From contig JAVVGF010000003.1 in the NCBI GenBank assembly GCA_032249235.1, forward strand, positions 150,691-214,690: a DNA stretch of 64,000 nt, given 5' to 3'. Source of the stretch: Thermoproteota archaeon (GTDB taxonomy: Archaea > Thermoproteota > Thermoprotei > Gearchaeales > Gearchaeaceae). The position numbers and the translations under genes are program-made. Shown in pieces: positions 61,071 to 64,000 of this stretch (position 1 is the first letter of the stretch; each line of letters begins with the position of its first letter). Below the pieces are notes generated by a model. That model did no database searches and was not told where the DNA came from. It worked only from the letters and a program-made list of their open reading frames with translations.

Positions 61071-61484
61071 ATGTGGCATCATTTATGGTTAAGAAGAAGA
61101 ATTGGAAGAGAAGGAACTCTTAAATTCATAATACTATGGTTATTAAGTGAACAGCCAAGAAATGGCGTAGAAATTATAAATGAAATTGAAAAATTGAGCT
61201 GGGGATGGTGGAGACCTTCGCCAGGTTCAGTATATCCAACTTTAGCAAGTTTAACGAATGAAGGTTTAATAGTCAAAAGACAGGATGGAAGATATCAAAT
61301 AACCGAAAAAGGAATTGAAGAAATTGAAGATATATTTCCTATAAGAAAAGCAAGAAAAATTGAAGATATATTGAATGAAATAGAGGGTTATATACAATAC
61401 TTGGAAGAAGTTGGAAAAGATAAATTGATTAATTACAAAGAAAAAATTGAATCGTTAAAATTAAGAATTGAAAAGTTGATTTAA
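61071..61484 (+). CDS. PadR-family regulator
   Basis: WRPSPGSVYPTL, YQITEKG. Confidence 0.92.
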   Translation: MWHHLWLRRRIGREGTLKFIILWLLSEQPRNGVEIINEIEKLSWGWWRPSPGSVYPTLASLTNEGLIVKRQDGRYQITEKGIEEIEDIFPIRKARKIEDILNEIEGYIQYLEEVGKDKLINYKEKIESLKLRIEKLI

Positions 61485-61485
61485 A

Positions 61486-62484
61486 ATGGAAGTAATAATT
61501 AAAGCTATAAATTTGACTAAAAAGTTTGGCTCTTTAGTCGCTGTAAATCATATTAATTTTGAAGTTTATAAAGGTGAAATATTTGGATTCCTAGGACCCA
61601 ACGGTGCTGGAAAAACAACGACTGTAAATATGTTAACAACCATTTTGAAACCAACAGAAGGTACTGCGACGATAAATGGTTACGATATAGTTAAAGATGC
61701 AGTAAAAGTTAGACAAACAATTGGAGTTGTCCATCAAGAATTTACAGCTGATGAGGATTTAACAGGATATGAAAACATGATGCTTGCCGCTGCTCTTTAT
61801 GGAATACCGAAAAATGTAGCAAAGCAAAGAGTCGAAGAATTGTTGAAAATGGTAGAACTAACAAATGCAAAAGATAGAAAAGTTGAAACATATTCAGGAG
61901 GGATGAGAAGAAGGCTTGAAGTAGCTATGGGTCTGATAAACAGGCCAGCGGTATTATTCTTGGATGAACCTACACTAGGTTTGGATGTTCAAACGAGAAC
62001 TGCGATTTGGTCTTACATATTGAAATTAAAAGAAGAATATAACATGACAATTTTCATGACTACCCATTACTTAGAAGAAGCAGATGCATATTGCGATAGA
62101 ATTGCAATCATAGATAAAGGAAGGATACTGAAGATAGGGGCTCCTTCTGAACTTAAGGAAAGCTTAGGTGGCGGCGTCATAGCAATACAAATAGCCAGTA
62201 ATGTTGATGAGGCTGTAAAAGTAATTTCTCAACTTGATGGAGTTTTAGATATTAAGAGTGATAAAGAGAAAATTAGGATAAAGGCTAAAAACATAAATAA
62301 TTTAACGCCTGAACTTTTAAGAAGTTTATTTGAAAAAGGGATAAAAGTAACTAAATTAGAAATGAGCGAACCTACCTTGGATGAGGTATATCTTGAACTA
62401 ACAGGGAGAAGTCTAAGAGATGAACAAGCAAGTTGGGAAGAAATTTTCAGCATGAGAAGAACAATAAGAAGAGCTAGAGCCTAG
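61486..62484 (+). CDS. ABC exporter ATP-binding subunit (DrrA-like)
   Basis: GPNGAGKT, YSGGMRRR, FLDEPT, TTHY. Confidence 0.95.
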   Translation: MEVIIKAINLTKKFGSLVAVNHINFEVYKGEIFGFLGPNGAGKTTTVNMLTTILKPTEGTATINGYDIVKDAVKVRQTIGVVHQEFTADEDLTGYENMMLAAALYGIPKNVAKQRVEELLKMVELTNAKDRKVETYSGGMRRRLEVAMGLINRPAVLFLDEPTLGLDVQTRTAIWSYILKLKEEYNMTIFMTTHYLEEADAYCDRIAIIDKGRILKIGAPSELKESLGGGVIAIQIASNVDEAVKVISQLDGVLDIKSDKEKIRIKAKNINNLTPELLRSLFEKGIKVTKLEMSEPTLDEVYLELTGRSLRDEQASWEEIFSMRRTIRRARA

Positions 62485-62551
62485 ATTTATTAAAATCTTT
62501 CATTCTTTATTCTTAAAATTTATATCGATATAATCATAAGAATTAAAGTTA

Positions 62552-63391
62552 ATGAATAACAAGGAAACCAAAGGTATCAAACAAGACTTATCTGAATTTA
62601 TTTCGGAAGCCTATAGGATTGTCGAAGAAGCCAGTGCAAGAAATATACATCTCCGAATACTAGGCGCTTTGGCTGTATATATTCATATTAAGGATGATCA
62701 TTACTGCATAGATTTGTTAAACAAAATCGGTAGACTTGATGAAAAAACACTATTCACTGATTTAGATTTAATTGGTTATAGTTGCCAAAGAAAAGAGGTC
62801 GCTAAATTGATGGAAAATCTAGGTTACATACCTGACAGAATGATCAATAGTATGTTTGGAAACAAAAGGATGATATTTTATCATCCCAATAATTATTATC
62901 ATGTTGATATCTTCTATGATAAATTAGAATTTAGCCATGATGTTATATTTGGTTCAGATCCAATAAATGGAAGGCTAAAGCTTGATTATCCAACAATTTC
63001 TCTTACTGATTTAGTTTTAGAGAAATTGCAAATTAATAAAATTAATAAAAAGGATCTTGTTGATCTATTACTAATATTTCTTTCTCATGATATAAGCACA
63101 AACGATAATGAAAAAGAATTTATCAATGCTTCATATATTGCCGATATTCTTTCAGATGACTGGGGTTTTTGGTATGATGCGACGAATAATCTTAATAATT
63201 TAAAGAATTTTGCTACAGAAATTTTTTCGACATATCAAGTAGATGAAAATTATGTGAAAAAGTTCAATGAAAGAATTAATGCGCTTTTAAAAATAATTGA
63301 AGAAAGACCAAAGACTAAGAAATGGATAAAAAGATCAAAAGATGGTACTAATAAAATTTGGTATAGAGAAGTAGAAGAAATTATTAGATAG
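62552..63391 (+). CDS. Nucleotidyltransferase-like hypothetical protein
   Basis: LRILGALAV...TDLDL, HVDIF, LEKLQI..IN.KD. Confidence 0.6.
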   Translation: MNNKETKGIKQDLSEFISEAYRIVEEASARNIHLRILGALAVYIHIKDDHYCIDLLNKIGRLDEKTLFTDLDLIGYSCQRKEVAKLMENLGYIPDRMINSMFGNKRMIFYHPNNYYHVDIFYDKLEFSHDVIFGSDPINGRLKLDYPTISLTDLVLEKLQINKINKKDLVDLLLIFLSHDISTNDNEKEFINASYIADILSDDWGFWYDATNNLNNLKNFATEIFSTYQVDENYVKKFNERINALLKIIEERPKTKKWIKRSKDGTNKIWYREVEEIIR

Positions 63392-63439
63392 TGATAACTT
63401 CTTACTAAAATTTATAAGTTAAAAAATTACTTATATTTA

Positions 63440-64000
63440 ATGGTTTCGGGTGAAACCAGATTTTACGTAAGAAGGTCTTCAGGACTTATAAGAACGATTT
63501 CAGGAAGAAGCGCACTAATAGCAAATCTTGTGGGCATGGGAATTTTAGTAAATATATTCTGGGTATATTACGCTTCAGCATTATATCCAAACGCGGATCT
63601 ACCTTCAACGGTCTTCATAGCAATGGTATTGAACTTGCTTATAGCATATGTATATTGGATGCTAGCTACAGCCATGCCCAGAACGGGAGGAGATTATGTC
63701 TATGTTAGTAGAATATTTCACCCTGCTCTAGGTTTCATGGAAAATCTCATGTTTGTAGTAATAATGATAAGTTGGGCAGGACTATTCCCACAATTAATAG
63801 CTTCACAAGCTTTACAAATGGTCTTCGCGAACATTTATATGGTTACTAATAATTCCTATTATCTATCAATAGCTCAATGGTTACAAACACCTGATGCACA
63901 ATTCATAGTAGGTTTCATAATCGTTACAATAGTGATACTTCTCATGCTTCTTCCAGTAAAATGGATATTTAGAATAGTTTTAGCTTTGTTCATAATCCAA
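63440..64000 (+). CDS. APC-family permease, 3' truncated by the window edge
   Basis: MVSGETRFYVRRSSGLIR...AMPRTGGDYVYVSRIFHPALGF. Confidence 0.88.
   Translation, partial: MVSGETRFYVRRSSGLIRTISGRSALIANLVGMGILVNIFWVYYASALYPNADLPSTVFIAMVLNLLIAYVYWMLATAMPRTGGDYVYVSRIFHPALGFMENLMFVVIMISWAGLFPQLIASQALQMVFANIYMVTNNSYYLSIAQWLQTPDAQFIVGFIIVTIVILLMLLPVKWIFRIVLALFIIQ

Noticed and set aside
625-62453. Many short antisense ORFs in the track (for example 625-873, 13157-13477, 58916-59251)
   Set aside because: They are shadows of well-supported genes on the opposite strand and have no motifs of their own

Overview
AT-rich, densely coding window from an apparently aerobic, thermophilic archaeon. The Thermoproteota-like assignment is an inference from GAPN, protoglobin, a B-type ba3 oxidase, a DUF3782/paREP-type nuclease, archaeal TATA-like promoters and the HerA/NurA pair. 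Most of the window is metabolic: a lactonase/HOT/FAD-oxidase cluster, an SPFH-zinc ribbon operon, MaoC-MaoC-CitE, coaBC, ba3 oxidase, ETF and a complete bacterial-type DAP lysine operon. The most unusual part is an accessory island at about 39.2-47.6 kb, bounded by gene debris. It encodes (i) a membrane-anchored secreted protein with a hemolysin/leukocidin-like beta-pore stem signature, (ii) a secreted metzincin protease with a repeat (probably propeller) domain, and (iii) two downstream polytopic membrane paralogs with an identical first 177 codons and divergent C-terminal halves. The distal paralog is preceded by a copy of the protease 3' end. This layout resembles a toxin/immunity cassette locus. 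A stand-alone herA-nurA pair lies next to the island. Four otherwise intact genes each appear to lack a single base, which most likely reflects consensus errors. No tRNA, rRNA, CRISPR array or transposase was recognised. All calls are from motif recognition by eye; no database searches were run.
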